Positions 19,410-29,063 of a stretch of 64,000 bases of DNA are shown piece after piece. The stretch is from Myxococcales bacterium (GTDB taxonomy: Bacteria > Myxococcota_A > UBA9160 > UBA4427). Made by a program: the position numbers and the translations under genes. The stretch covers positions 26,347-90,346 of the forward strand of contig JAAZXM010000003.1 of assembly GCA_014240165.1 (NCBI GenBank), in the 5' to 3' direction. Positions within the stretch are counted from its first letter, which is position 1; every line of letters starts with the position of its first letter. The notes under the pieces were generated by a model. That model was given only the letters and a program-made list of their open reading frames with translations, had not been told where the DNA came from and made no database searches.

Positions 19410-20006
19410 ATGATATTCCGATCGCTTCGAGCCGCCGTGCCGCACCTCTTAGTTCTTTCCCTGTCCCTCTCGTTGCTGGCGTTGCCCGCGTTCGCGGACT
19501 CCGACTCTGATGAGGACGAAAAGAAGAAGACAATGACGGGAGTTTGGGTCACTCGGCCCGCGGCTCCCTTTGTCTACCAGGACCCCGATGGCTTTGAGCT
19601 CGGTGTGGCTGCCCCTGTCAAGGAAATCACCCTCATGCGATGGGAACTCGAGGAGGATGAGAACGGCTTGATCACCGGCTACAACACCTACTACTCCATG
19701 GACGATCAGGGCGGAAGCCAGTCCCGGGGTACGCTCTGCATGGTGGGTGCGCGCCAGGGCTCAAAGGTGCTGCTCTCAGAGGCGTACGCTGTCTACGGCG
19801 GATTTCCCGTGCCCGAACTGTCGACCCTGACGATATTCAGATTCGATTGTGAGAAGCGCGGACGGAACAAGCTCAAATGCATGGGAGATGGCCTGAGCAG
19901 CATCCCGCCCACTGTTCTGAAGGCTGTTCTGGTTCGCTCGAAGCGAGCGGGGGATCTGATTCCGGTTCCCGAAGCAGCTCGGGAGATTTGCCAGCCCGGC
20001 GCCTAG
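19410..20006 (+). CDS. Hypothetical secreted protein
   Basis: AAGGAG RBS. Signal peptide ending AFA, then an acidic/basic stretch DSDSDEDEKKK and a beta-rich mature region with 4 Cys. Confidence 0.7.
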   Translation: MIFRSLRAAVPHLLVLSLSLSLLALPAFADSDSDEDEKKKTMTGVWVTRPAAPFVYQDPDGFELGVAAPVKEITLMRWELEEDENGLITGYNTYYSMDDQGGSQSRGTLCMVGARQGSKVLLSEAYAVYGGFPVPELSTLTIFRFDCEKRGRNKLKCMGDGLSSIPPTVLKAVLVRSKRAGDLIPVPEAAREICQPGA

Positions 20007-20017
20007 CGGCAACGAAA

Positions 20018-20058
20018 CCGCCCGGCTCTCGAGGCCCTGAGCCACGGGGGCCGGGCGG
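20018..20058. terminator. GC-rich stem-loop between convergent genes (candidate bidirectional terminator)
   Basis: ccgcccggctctcg...cgggggccgggcgg pairs with G-U wobbles. No clear U-tract. Confidence 0.5.
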
Positions 20059-20062
20059 AGCG

Positions 20063-20896
20063 CTAGCGCCCTTCGAAGCGCGGCTCTCGTTTTTCGACGA
20101 AAGAAGTCACGGCTTCCTTGTGATCCCGGGTCCCGGCGGTCCGGATGAGTCCCCGAGCTTCCTGTTCGAGGCAGGAGGGGAGATCTGCGCGGAGGGCGTG
20201 GTCCAGGTTCTTTTTCATTTGCGCGAAAGCCAGGGAGGGGCCCGAGGCCAGTTGCTTCGCCAGGGCTCGGGTTTCGGCTCCAAGTTGATCGTCGTGGACG
20301 ACCCGATTGACGAGTCCCCACTCTTCGCATTGGCGTGCGGGAATGCGCGCGCCCGTATAGAAAAGTTCGCGTGCGCGCGCGGTGCCGACCATTTGGGTGA
20401 GGAAGAAACTCGCCCCGTAGTCGCCGGAAAGGCCGATGCGCGCGAAGCCGGTGGTCATGAATGCGCTCTCGGCAGCGATTCGCAAATCGCAGGCAAGGGC
20501 GATGGAAAGGCCAGCCCCGGCTGCAGCGCCCGGCATTGAGGCCAGGGTCGGTTTGGGCATGGCATAGAGCGCACCCGTCAGGGTCTTCTGCCTTTCCGTC
20601 AAATCGGCGATGGCTTCCTCGGGCCCCTTGGGTCGAGGCCGGTCGGGGTCGCGGTTGCCCATGCCCTTGACGTCGCCGCCGGCGCAAAAGCTGGTGCCCG
20701 TGCCCGTGAGGACCACGCAGCGGACCTCGGGATCTTCGGCGGTCTGGGCGATCATGCGCCGAAGGGCAGGGCTGACGATATCGCCCAGGGCATTCCGAAC
20801 CTCGGGGCGGTTGAAGGTCAGCGTGGCGACGCCATCTTCGAGCGTGGCCAGGAGTTGGTCGGTCCCCGTATCGAGCGTTTTGATCTTGCGCGTCAT
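20063..20896 (-). CDS. Enoyl-CoA hydratase/isomerase
   Basis: FNRPEVRNAL, FCAGGDV, AAGAGLSIALACD and C-terminal FVEKREPRF motifs. Confidence 0.93.
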   Translation of the reverse strand: MTRKIKTLDTGTDQLLATLEDGVATLTFNRPEVRNALGDIVSPALRRMIAQTAEDPEVRCVVLTGTGTSFCAGGDVKGMGNRDPDRPRPKGPEEAIADLTERQKTLTGALYAMPKPTLASMPGAAAGAGLSIALACDLRIAAESAFMTTGFARIGLSGDYGASFFLTQMVGTARARELFYTGARIPARQCEEWGLVNRVVHDDQLGAETRALAKQLASGPSLAFAQMKKNLDHALRADLPSCLEQEARGLIRTAGTRDHKEAVTSFVEKREPRFEGR

Positions 20897-21076
20897 GCAG
20901 GGGATACTAAGAGATCACCGGTGCTCGCAACAGTTGCGGGGCGCTGGGAGTTGCCTTCCTGGGGCGCTCTTCGAGTTCTATACTCGTCCAAAGAGTCGGG
21001 TGTGGGCGCTCTCGTAGCTCGAGGCAGCGCGCCGAAGACAAGACGTTATCCGTGGGTTTTTCTGGAGAATTGGCCA

Positions 21077-21862
21077 ATGAGCGATGCATTGATCATCGAG
21101 CGGGACGGGCGGGTTGTGACCCTCATCAACAACGATGCTCCCTATAACCGAATGACGCTCGATTTCATGGATGAACTCGAGTCGGCGGTGGAGGGTCTCG
21201 CCGAAGACGATTCGGTGGGCGCGGTGGTGATTCGGGGCGCGGGCGACGAGCACTTCTCGGTAGGGATGAACCTCAAGCAAATGGGGGAGGGGGTGCAGAG
21301 GAAGGGCAGCTTCGAAGGCGTGCTCGACCAGCGGCTGCGTGTGATCTCGATGATCGAGAACATGAACAAGCCCTGGGTCGCGACGCTCTACGGCTATTGC
21401 CTGGGTGGCGGGCTCGAGCTTCCGCTGGGATGCCACTTTCGCTTGGCGGCTGCGGAGGGGGCAAAGATCGGACTTCCAGAGATGGATCTCGGCGCGGTTC
21501 CCGCCTGGGGGGGCACGGCCCGGTTGGTGCGCTGCGTCGGTCGTGATGCGTCGCTGGATATGATCCTCCGTGCCAAGAAGATTTCCGGCCCCGAGGCGTT
21601 GCGCATCGGTCTCGTTCAAGAGGTGTGGCCCAACGACGAATTGCAGCAGCGCGCCCATGACCTGGCCCGGGAATTGGCCACCATGCCGAGTAGCGCCGTG
21701 GCGGGTGTGCTCGAGGCCATCGTGGGCTCGGGCGAGAAATCTCTCGAAGAGGGGATCGCTGCTGAGCGTCGTGCCGTGGTGGCGTGCATGGATACGGCGG
21801 ACTCCAAGGAGGGTATGCGCGCTTTCCTGGAAAAACGCCCGCCCCGATTCCATCAGGAATAG
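21077..21862 (+). CDS. Enoyl-CoA hydratase/isomerase
   Basis: FSVGMNL, CLGGGLEL and GLPE (both catalytic Glu present), WGGTARL and FLEKRPPRF motifs. Confidence 0.93.
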   Translation: MSDALIIERDGRVVTLINNDAPYNRMTLDFMDELESAVEGLAEDDSVGAVVIRGAGDEHFSVGMNLKQMGEGVQRKGSFEGVLDQRLRVISMIENMNKPWVATLYGYCLGGGLELPLGCHFRLAAAEGAKIGLPEMDLGAVPAWGGTARLVRCVGRDASLDMILRAKKISGPEALRIGLVQEVWPNDELQQRAHDLARELATMPSSAVAGVLEAIVGSGEKSLEEGIAAERRAVVACMDTADSKEGMRAFLEKRPPRFHQE

Positions 21863-21890
21863 GGCCCGGGTTGCGCCAGGACCCAACGCA

Positions 21891-22868
21891 TCAGGGGCGG
21901 CGCACCATCCACACGTTGCGAAAGAAGACCGGGTCCCAGTGATCCTGGAGAAGGAGGGGATTCGGTTCGGGAGTCTCGTCCTTGCCCAGCCCGGTGGGTC
22001 CCGAGAGGGCGATATCATCGTGGATGACGACTCCGTTATGCCGCACACTGATGCGGGCGGGCGCGATCTTTCGTCCGTCAGGGTCGAAGCGCGCTTCGCT
22101 GAACTCGATGTCGTAGGTCTGCCACTGGAGGGGCGGGTAGCTCATGTTGACCCGCGGGCTGAAGGCTTCGTAGATTGCCCCGGCCCCGCGTGGGTGGGGG
22201 GCGAGGCCGAAGGAGTCGAGCACCTGAACCTCGTACCGCTCCTGGAGGTAGATGCCGCTATTGCCCCGCCCCTGGTCTTCGGAGCCCGGCATATAGGGCG
22301 TTCGGAATTCGACGTGAAGGCTGAGGTCACGGTGGGGCTCAGCTGTTCGAGCGGGTACCCCCAGCAGCCCCCGCTCATCGGCGGAACCTTGGGCAAGGTG
22401 GCGCGTGGGTGCATCGGCAAAGAGGATTTCGGCCTCCGCGGGCGGCTTCGCCCCCTCGGTGGGGCTCCGGCGCACGACGCGTTGAAGCGAGAATTCTTCT
22501 CCGCTTCCGCTTTGGCCAACGAGATGACCCTCCCGGGCGGCGCCTTGCCAGTCGCCGGAGAATACGATGCCTCCGCCCTCGCTTCGCCCCGCCGCCACGA
22601 ATCGGGGACCGCCATCGAAGCCCTCCCCGGGAAGTCCGCCCCGGAGCAAAACCCCGCGAAAGCGCCCCGAGCCCAGGGCAATCACCTGGGCCGCAAAAGG
22701 GGCGCCCGCGGCGCGGTATTCCCCCTGGAGTCGATAATCAGGACCGGCGCTGCTCGGTTCGAGATGGGCTTCGCCGCTGCAGCCCATAAAGGCCGCGAGC
22801 AATAGAGTCGTTGCTGCCCGCCCAAAAGGCTCGGTTCGGCGCGAAGCAGCAGCGAAAGCCCGCGTCAT
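21891..22868 (-). CDS. DUF1080 (3-keto-glycoside hydrolase/hydratase-like) lipoprotein
   Basis: Lipobox FMGC. LHVEF, GRGNSGIYLQERYEVQVLDS, WQTYDI and LQDH...FRNVW are the DUF1080 signature. Confidence 0.88.
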   Translation of the reverse strand: MTRAFAAASRRTEPFGRAATTLLLAAFMGCSGEAHLEPSSAGPDYRLQGEYRAAGAPFAAQVIALGSGRFRGVLLRGGLPGEGFDGGPRFVAAGRSEGGGIVFSGDWQGAAREGHLVGQSGSGEEFSLQRVVRRSPTEGAKPPAEAEILFADAPTRHLAQGSADERGLLGVPARTAEPHRDLSLHVEFRTPYMPGSEDQGRGNSGIYLQERYEVQVLDSFGLAPHPRGAGAIYEAFSPRVNMSYPPLQWQTYDIEFSEARFDPDGRKIAPARISVRHNGVVIHDDIALSGPTGLGKDETPEPNPLLLQDHWDPVFFRNVWMVRRP

Positions 22869-22896
22869 CGCCGGCTCCGGGGCTGCGGCGGCGCCA

Positions 22897-24321
22897 TCAG
22901 GCGGTCAGGATGCTCCACCAATGGCCTCCGTTTCGGGCGACATAGGTTCCCAGGAAGATGAGCAGGAAGAGCGTGATGGCCCCCATGGCCCCGATCCAGA
23001 TTCGTCCGCGGGTGCCTTGGGGCATGTCTGCTCCGAGGTAGGCGCGGCTTCGCTGTAGGAGGATGAAGCCCGCGTAGGCGCCGGGTAGGAAGAGGCCGCA
23101 GATCACGTTGGTGGGGACCGCAACCCAGATGGCGATCTCGCTCCAATAAACGCAGCCCAAGACCCCGGGGATGGGAAGCAGGGTGGCCAGCCGGTAGCGC
23201 GTGCCGCCGAATTTCCAGCCGAAGATTTCGGCGCAGACGAAGCCGCAGGTGAGCATTTGAAGCGTGATGGAACTGAGCGCCATGCCCAGAATCCCCAGGC
23301 CGAAGATCATTCGACCCGGGGCGACGCCCACCACCGCCGCCAGGGAGCGCGCCGCCTCCACCGGGGAAAGGCGCGTCCCATCGTAGGCCGGATCCAGATG
23401 CAGGGTGTTGGCGGTGGCGATCACGATCAGGCTGGTGGCGAGCACGTAGGGGAGCAGCATGCCCAGGCCGAGATCGAAACGCGCCATGCGTCGATGCTCG
23501 CGCCCCCAACCCCGGGCCAGCAGGCTGTAGGGATAGAGAAAAACCATATTGATCCCCACCGCGGCGGAGATCCCGCTGAGTACCAGGGTCATGGCCACGA
23601 CTCCGTTGCGGTCCGCAGGGATCTCGAAGCTGAAAAAGCCGCGCAGAAGATCGCCCCAATTCGAGACTCCCGTTTCCAGCACAACGGCGCCGAAGCAGAG
23701 CACGATGCCCCAGACCATATATTTCAAGACGCGCTCATAGAGCCGCAGAAGAAGAGGCGAGCGGCCATAGAGATTGGAAAGCAAAAGGGCCAGGGCCAGG
23801 ACGAAGGATCCGGTGGCCAGGGGGGAAAGCGACCAACCGGCCACGTCCGCCATGTCGACGAGTACCGCCGAGGCGAGGGCGTATTGCGGAAATTGCCAAA
23901 CCAGGGACGCGGCCAGGGCCCCCAATGCCCAACTCCAGGCGAAGAAGGGGCCCGCGTGCTGCCGCATGGCGGGCCAGGGCCGCTGACCGGTGGAGAGGGT
24001 TTGGTGCGCGATGGCGGAAAGCATGACCAGACCCAGGACCATGCCGAGAGGGGCGACCCAGAGCAGCGAGTAGCCGAAGACTGCACCGGCGAAGAGCGCC
24101 GCCGAGGCGGTGCCTCCACCCAGGGTCATGGCGCTCTGGAGATAACCCGGGCCCAAGAGGCCGAGGTAGCGCCGGGTGCGCGGCCAATAGCCGGCGCTTT
24201 CGAGTAACTCGAGTTCCTCGCATTCTTCGCGCAGGGCTTCGGGGTTGGGCGGGTGTGCCATTCGCAGGCCGACTTGAAGCGCGTCCAATTCGGCATCGCC
24301 TATTTTTTCGCCGGGTTTCAT
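22897..24321 (-). CDS. NRAMP-fold (APC superfamily) transporter
   Basis: ATG at 24321 overlaps the upstream stop. GPGYLQSAMTLGGGT...GAVFGYSLLW, AVGINMVFLYPY and about 11 TM segments. Confidence 0.8.
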   Translation of the reverse strand: MKPGEKIGDAELDALQVGLRMAHPPNPEALREECEELELLESAGYWPRTRRYLGLLGPGYLQSAMTLGGGTASAALFAGAVFGYSLLWVAPLGMVLGLVMLSAIAHQTLSTGQRPWPAMRQHAGPFFAWSWALGALAASLVWQFPQYALASAVLVDMADVAGWSLSPLATGSFVLALALLLSNLYGRSPLLLRLYERVLKYMVWGIVLCFGAVVLETGVSNWGDLLRGFFSFEIPADRNGVVAMTLVLSGISAAVGINMVFLYPYSLLARGWGREHRRMARFDLGLGMLLPYVLATSLIVIATANTLHLDPAYDGTRLSPVEAARSLAAVVGVAPGRMIFGLGILGMALSSITLQMLTCGFVCAEIFGWKFGGTRYRLATLLPIPGVLGCVYWSEIAIWVAVPTNVICGLFLPGAYAGFILLQRSRAYLGADMPQGTRGRIWIGAMGAITLFLLIFLGTYVARNGGHWWSILTA

Positions 24322-25748
24322 GAGCCAGGCCGCTCCTGGGCGCCGGGCTCGACCAGCGCGAGGGGGTCGCGTACTTCCAAAGCTACGGGCGATCCGTAGC
24401 CGAAGCCCGGGCTCTTCAGGGATCCCAGGGCCAAGGTTCCCGCCTCGATCCGCAGCCGGATTTCCCCGCTCTCCTCCTGGTAGAGGTCTGGATGGTGCCG
24501 AAGCGCGGCGCGGGCCTCGGCTTCGGGAAGATGGGCGAGGCCGGCGAAATAGTGGTGGCCGTTGCGTTCGGTGTGTTCGAGGCCGAGTGCCGAGAGCAGG
24601 GCCAGGTCCTGCTGGAGGGCGAGCACGGGAAGATTCGTCAGATCCTCGGATGCCTGAAAGGCGCCGCCGCCCCTGGCTTCGCAGAGGGCGCGGTTGAGGA
24701 GCGCTCGAAATACCCCCTTGCAGTTCTTGACCGAGACGCCCTGGTAACCGAGGTCCAGTGCGCGGGGAAAGGCTTGGGTGTTCGCGTCGGCCTCGTCGAT
24801 GAGGATTGGGGCCCAAGCAGAGAGAGCCGGAAGTTCGCGCACCTTGTCGGGATCCAGGCTCGAATGCCGGGGCAGGGGCTGCTCGATGTAGAGGAGGCCT
24901 TCGAGGAGGGTGCGTCCGTCCGGATCCGCTTCGAGATCATTCATCAGGCCCACGAGTTGAGCGAGGTCCTCGATCTGCTCGTTGCCGTCCAGGGTGAATC
25001 GCGGCGCAGGGACTTCGGCCTCCTGCACGACCCGGGCGATTTCGCAGAGTCGGGCGCGGTCGGCCTCGGTCTCACCCGAGATTTTGAGTTTGAAGCAGTT
25101 CAGCCCATAGGCCCGAATATCCTCGTCCAGGGATACGGGAAGGCCGTCTTTGGGGTCGAGTGCCTCTGTCACGGTGCTTCGGCGAAGTGGGTCTGCGAGG
25201 CCGACCGTATGGCGAAGGGTGACCCGCTCCAGGGGGTCGCCCAGGCAATCCGCCAATTCGAAGCCCGCCAATTCGGGGTGGAGTTGCCCGGGTTCGAACC
25301 CGAAGAGATTGCCCCTGAGCGCATCGAAGAAGCTGACCTCGGCGCTGCGGCAAGCGGCGTCCATGAGCGCGCGCTCGAGGAGCGCCACGCCGAACCCGTT
25401 GACCAACTCGACGCCCGGGTGCTCCACCACCGCGCGCTGGTGGGCCCGGTGCCAGAGTTGAAAGAGGCTTCCGTGTCCCGCCGCGCGGTAGGCCGAAGCG
25501 GCGCGCCCGATGGAGGCAACGAGTTCGTCCTGGTCTTGATCAGCCGACGTCGCCGGGTTCTTGTCGAACCATTTCGGGACCAGGAGGTCCGAGGCGTAGC
25601 CCGGGATCCGCTGCCCGTCCTCGAATTCCACCTCCACCCGGGCCACCACCAGGTCGGCGCGGCGCAGCGTGGTGATCCCGAAGCGGAAGGGCAGGCGGGT
25701 ACGGCATGGGGTCGACCCGCATTGGACGGCGATGACTCGGCCCTCCAC
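24318..25748 (-). CDS. Enolase superfamily (mandelate racemase/MLE-like) enzyme of unknown substrate
   Basis: GTG after GGAGG. FKLK (KxK), LDGNE, IEQP and IDEAD metal ligands, SVKNCKG and ERNGHHY motifs. Confidence 0.8.
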   Translation of the reverse strand: MEGRVIAVQCGSTPCRTRLPFRFGITTLRRADLVVARVEVEFEDGQRIPGYASDLLVPKWFDKNPATSADQDQDELVASIGRAASAYRAAGHGSLFQLWHRAHQRAVVEHPGVELVNGFGVALLERALMDAACRSAEVSFFDALRGNLFGFEPGQLHPELAGFELADCLGDPLERVTLRHTVGLADPLRRSTVTEALDPKDGLPVSLDEDIRAYGLNCFKLKISGETEADRARLCEIARVVQEAEVPAPRFTLDGNEQIEDLAQLVGLMNDLEADPDGRTLLEGLLYIEQPLPRHSSLDPDKVRELPALSAWAPILIDEADANTQAFPRALDLGYQGVSVKNCKGVFRALLNRALCEARGGGAFQASEDLTNLPVLALQQDLALLSALGLEHTERNGHHYFAGLAHLPEAEARAALRHHPDLYQEESGEIRLRIEAGTLALGSLKSPGFGYGSPVALEVRDPLALVEPGAQERPGS

Positions 25749-25788
25749 GGCATTCCTCCCTGGCCTCAGGTGGCTCTCCTGGCCCGGC

Positions 25789-25818
25789 TTGACTTCTAAC
25801 TAACTGGTTGTTTAATTA
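25789..25818 (+). promoter_or_regulatory. Candidate sigma70 promoter with overlapping imperfect palindrome (probable TetR operator) in the divergon spacer
   Basis: TTGACT-17 bp-TTAATT in an AT-rich island. TAACTAAC-TG-GTTGTTTA is an imperfect inverted repeat in the spacer. Confidence 0.55.
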
Positions 25819-25858
25819 TATGCCAGCCTGGATCACGGATCCACGGCGGGAGGATCCC

Positions 25859-26548
25859 TTGGCCCAGCCCCAACCCAAGACTGCGCGGCGCGTTCGCCGC
25901 GACGCCGAGCATAGCCGGGCGGAGATCCTCAAGGCGGCGGTCGAGGTTTTCGCCGAGTTCGGATTGGCGGGGGCTCGGGTGGACGAGATTGCTGCCCGGG
26001 CGGGGGTCAACAAGGCGCTTCTTTATCACTATTACCCCGGCAAGGAAGGGCTCTTCGCCGCGGCGCTGGAATCGGTCTACGCCGATATCCGCCTGGCGGA
26101 GTCCGGTCTCGACCTGGAATCCATGTCCCCTGAGCGCGCGATCACTCGACTCGTTGACTTCACGCTGGATCATTTTCTCGCGCATCCGGAATTTCTGGCC
26201 CTGGTGAGCAGCGAGAACCGCCATGGGGCGCGGCACCTTCGCGAGTCCGAGCACCTTCGCGAGATGCATTTGCCGCTGGTGGTTCGCATCGAGGCCCTGC
26301 TCGGGCGCGGGGTTGCGGCGGGGGTCTTTCGCGATGGCGTCGATCCGCTCGAACTCTATATCTCCATCGCAGCGCTGGGTTATTTCTATCTCTCCAATGT
26401 GCACACCTTGTCCGCGGTTTTCTCGCGGGACCTGATGGCCCCTGCCGCGCTGCGCGCACGGCGTGAGCACATGCGCCAAGTGGTGCTGGGCTACCTGCGC
26501 CCGTTGCCCAAAGGGGAGGCGGACGCGATGGAGGGTGAGCAGCGATGA
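25859..26548 (+). CDS. TetR family transcriptional regulator (NicS/RutR-like C-terminal domain)
   Basis: TTG after GGAGGA (alternative ATG at 25820). HTH ILKAAVEVFAEFGLAGARVDEIAARAGVNKALLYHYY, and LYISIAALGYFYLSNVHTLS. Confidence 0.92.
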   Translation: MAQPQPKTARRVRRDAEHSRAEILKAAVEVFAEFGLAGARVDEIAARAGVNKALLYHYYPGKEGLFAAALESVYADIRLAESGLDLESMSPERAITRLVDFTLDHFLAHPEFLALVSSENRHGARHLRESEHLREMHLPLVVRIEALLGRGVAAGVFRDGVDPLELYISIAALGYFYLSNVHTLSAVFSRDLMAPAALRARREHMRQVVLGYLRPLPKGEADAMEGEQR

Positions 26549-27495
26549 GTGAGCCCGGGCAGCCCATCCCGCGTCTCCGGCCCGGGCGACGGATCCGGGG
26601 CATGTCGGCGATGCTTCTGCCCCACGGCGAGGACGGCGGCGTGGATTGGCTGGGTTTCGAGAGGCATCTGCGCCGGACAGTGGATGCGGGTTTGACTCCC
26701 GCGGTGAATATGGACACAGGCTACGTTGATCTGCTCGCTCCGGAAACGCGCATCCGGGTTTTGGATACGGCGCAGGAAATCGCCGGTCGAAACTTCGTCG
26801 CGGGCGCCCAGATCGCCGATCAGCCGGGGGATCGCTTCGCTGCTGAGCGCATGCGGAGCGAAATGGAGAAGATCCAGAAGCGGGGCGGAGTTCCCGTGGT
26901 TTTCCCCTGCCATGGTTTGGCGGCGCTCAGCGAAGCCGAGTGGTTGGAGGCGCACCGGGGACTGGCCACCGATATCGACCAATTTCTGGGCTTCGAACTC
27001 GGCACCATGTTCGCTCCCAGCGGCCGAATCCTTTCGTTGGATGGTTGGAGCGGCCTCTTGGAGATCCCCGCCTGCATTGGGGCCAAGCATTCGTCGCTCT
27101 CGCGCGAACTGGAATGGCAGCGACTGGCTCGCCGGGACGAGCGCCGGCCCGATTTCATGGTTTTGACGGGAAACGATTTGGCCATCGACATGGTGATGTG
27201 GGGCAGCGATTACCTCTTGGGCCTCTCGACTTTTGCGCCCGATCTCTTCGCCCGCCGGGATGCGCTCTGGGAAGCGGGAGATGCGGGTTTCTACGCGCTG
27301 AACGATCTGCTCCAGGCGCTCGGCGCGTTCGCTTTCCGCGCTCCGGTGCCGGCCTACAAGCACGACGCAGCCCTCTTTCTCCACCTCCGCGGGTGGATCG
27401 CGAGTTCCGCTCCTCACCCCCAAGCCCCAACGCGTCCCGAAAGCGATCGGGCCGTGCTCAAGGAAATCGTACGCCGCATCGAGGCGCTGGAATGA
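26545..27495 (+). CDS. DHDPS/NAL-like class I aldolase family protein
   Basis: ATGA overlap with tet[22 protein letters not shown] (Schiff-base Lys position) and TGND motifs. Confidence 0.8.
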   Translation: MSEPGQPIPRLRPGRRIRGMSAMLLPHGEDGGVDWLGFERHLRRTVDAGLTPAVNMDTGYVDLLAPETRIRVLDTAQEIAGRNFVAGAQIADQPGDRFAAERMRSEMEKIQKRGGVPVVFPCHGLAALSEAEWLEAHRGLATDIDQFLGFELGTMFAPSGRILSLDGWSGLLEIPACIGAKHSSLSRELEWQRLARRDERRPDFMVLTGNDLAIDMVMWGSDYLLGLSTFAPDLFARRDALWEAGDAGFYALNDLLQALGAFAFRAPVPAYKHDAALFLHLRGWIASSAPHPQAPTRPESDRAVLKEIVRRIEALE

Positions 27496-28913
27496 CGGTC
27501 TGGACAAAGCTCAGCCGCTTGAAAACCGCGGAGGCTTTGACTGCACGGCTCGGCGAACTCGAGATCGATCTGCCTTTCGATACCGAGATGCAGGTGGGCC
27601 CCGCTTCCCCTTTGGCCCAGCCCCTGGAAACCGGAAGCGGAAGCATCGGGAACCGTTTCGCGATTCTGCCCATGGAAGGCTGGGACGGAACGCCGGCCGG
27701 CCTCCCCACCGACCTTGTCCGCCGGCGTTGGAAACGCTTCGGTCAGAGCGGGGCAAAACTGATCTGGGGCGGCGAGGCGGTGGCGGTGCGCCCGGACGGA
27801 AGGGCCAACCCAAAGCAGTTGGTCTCGTGCGATGAGAGCACCGAGGCATTGGCGTCATTGCGCACCGAGCTGGTGGAGAGCCATGCAGAGCGCTTCGGGC
27901 GCACGGATGATCTCGTCGTGGGGCTCCAGTTGACCCACTCGGGTCGTTTCGCCAACCCCCAGGGCCAGCCGTCGCCGCGAATCGCCTACAGGCATCCGGT
28001 TCTCGATGCCCGGGTGGGTGTTATTTCCGATGAGGCGATCCTTTGCGATGACGAGCTCGATGCGTTGGTGGAAGATTTCGTGGCCGCTGGGGTGAGGGCA
28101 GGGCAGGCGGGGTTTCGCTTCGTCGATATCAAGCATTGCCACGGGTATCTGGGCCATGAACTTTTGAGCGCCGTGAATCGCCCCGGTCGCTACGGGGGCA
28201 GCCTCGAGGGCCGGATGCGTTTTCTCCGCTCTGTGGTCGCCGGAATCCGGGCCAGGGTGCCGAAGCTGGGGGTCGGGGTTCGGCTATCGGCTTTCGATTT
28301 TCTTCCCTTCCGGCCCGGGGAAGGGGGAGTGGGCTCACCCGAGGCCCGATCGCCCGGAACCCGCTATTTCGGGGCCGACGCGAGCGGTCTGTCCACCGAT
28401 CTGGCCGAAGTTCATGAGTTTCTTCGGGCGCTCGAGTCCCTGGGCATCGAACTGGTCTGCACCACGGCGGGCTCGCCCTATTACAACCCCCACATCCAGC
28501 GCCCGGCTCTTTTTCCGCCTTCGGATGGCTATCGGCCGCCCGAGGATCCGCTGGTGGGCGTGGCCCGGCAGATTCGGGTGACCCGGGAACTTCGCTCACA
28601 GCATCCCGGGCTCACTTTCGTGGGCTCGGGGTACTCGTATTTGCAGGAATGGTTCGCCCCTGTGGCCCAGGCGGTGGTTCGCCGGGGCTACGCGGATTTC
28701 GTCGGGGTGGGCCGCATGGCCCTCAGCTACCCCGAACTGCCCGCGGATGTATTGGCCGGGCGAAAACTCCAGGCCAAGGCGTTCTGCCGGACTTTCAGTG
28801 ATTGCACCACGGCCCCGCGCAATGGCCTCGTTTCGGGTTGTTACCCCATCGACCCCTTTTATAAGAGGCGCCCGGAGGCGGCGACCCTGGCCGCGCGAAA
28901 AAAAGAGACTTGA
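27492..28913 (+). CDS. NADH:flavin oxidoreductase (old yellow enzyme-like)
   Basis: ATGA overlap. [45 protein letters not shown] and [10 protein letters not shown] motifs, plus C-terminal CRTFSDC...GC. Confidence 0.9.
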   Translation: MTVWTKLSRLKTAEALTARLGELEIDLPFDTEMQVGPASPLAQPLETGSGSIGNRFAILPMEGWDGTPAGLPTDLVRRRWKRFGQSGAKLIWGGEAVAVRPDGRANPKQLVSCDESTEALASLRTELVESHAERFGRTDDLVVGLQLTHSGRFANPQGQPSPRIAYRHPVLDARVGVISDEAILCDDELDALVEDFVAAGVRAGQAGFRFVDIKHCHGYLGHELLSAVNRPGRYGGSLEGRMRFLRSVVAGIRARVPKLGVGVRLSAFDFLPFRPGEGGVGSPEARSPGTRYFGADASGLSTDLAEVHEFLRALESLGIELVCTTAGSPYYNPHIQRPALFPPSDGYRPPEDPLVGVARQIRVTRELRSQHPGLTFVGSGYSYLQEWFAPVAQAVVRRGYADFVGVGRMALSYPELPADVLAGRKLQAKAFCRTFSDCTTAPRNGLVSGCYPIDPFYKRRPEAATLAARKKET

Positions 28914-29063
28914 ACCCGAGCGGAGCCGGCGGATGGGTGTCGTCAGTTTTGCGGTTCTGCATCGCCGTTTTTCGCCCTAAGTTTACGCGTTAAGTGTTAT
29001 CCCGGTTGATCGTGGATTCAGGGTCGAGTGCCGGGTGGAATTCCATTTTGGGGGGGGAAGAAA

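Noticed and set aside
24322-24816. Long N-terminal extensions of the transporter ORF (and similarly 26940-27491 for the OYE)
   Set aside because: They overlap upstream genes in another frame. The true starts are the stop-overlapping ATGs at 24321 and 27492.
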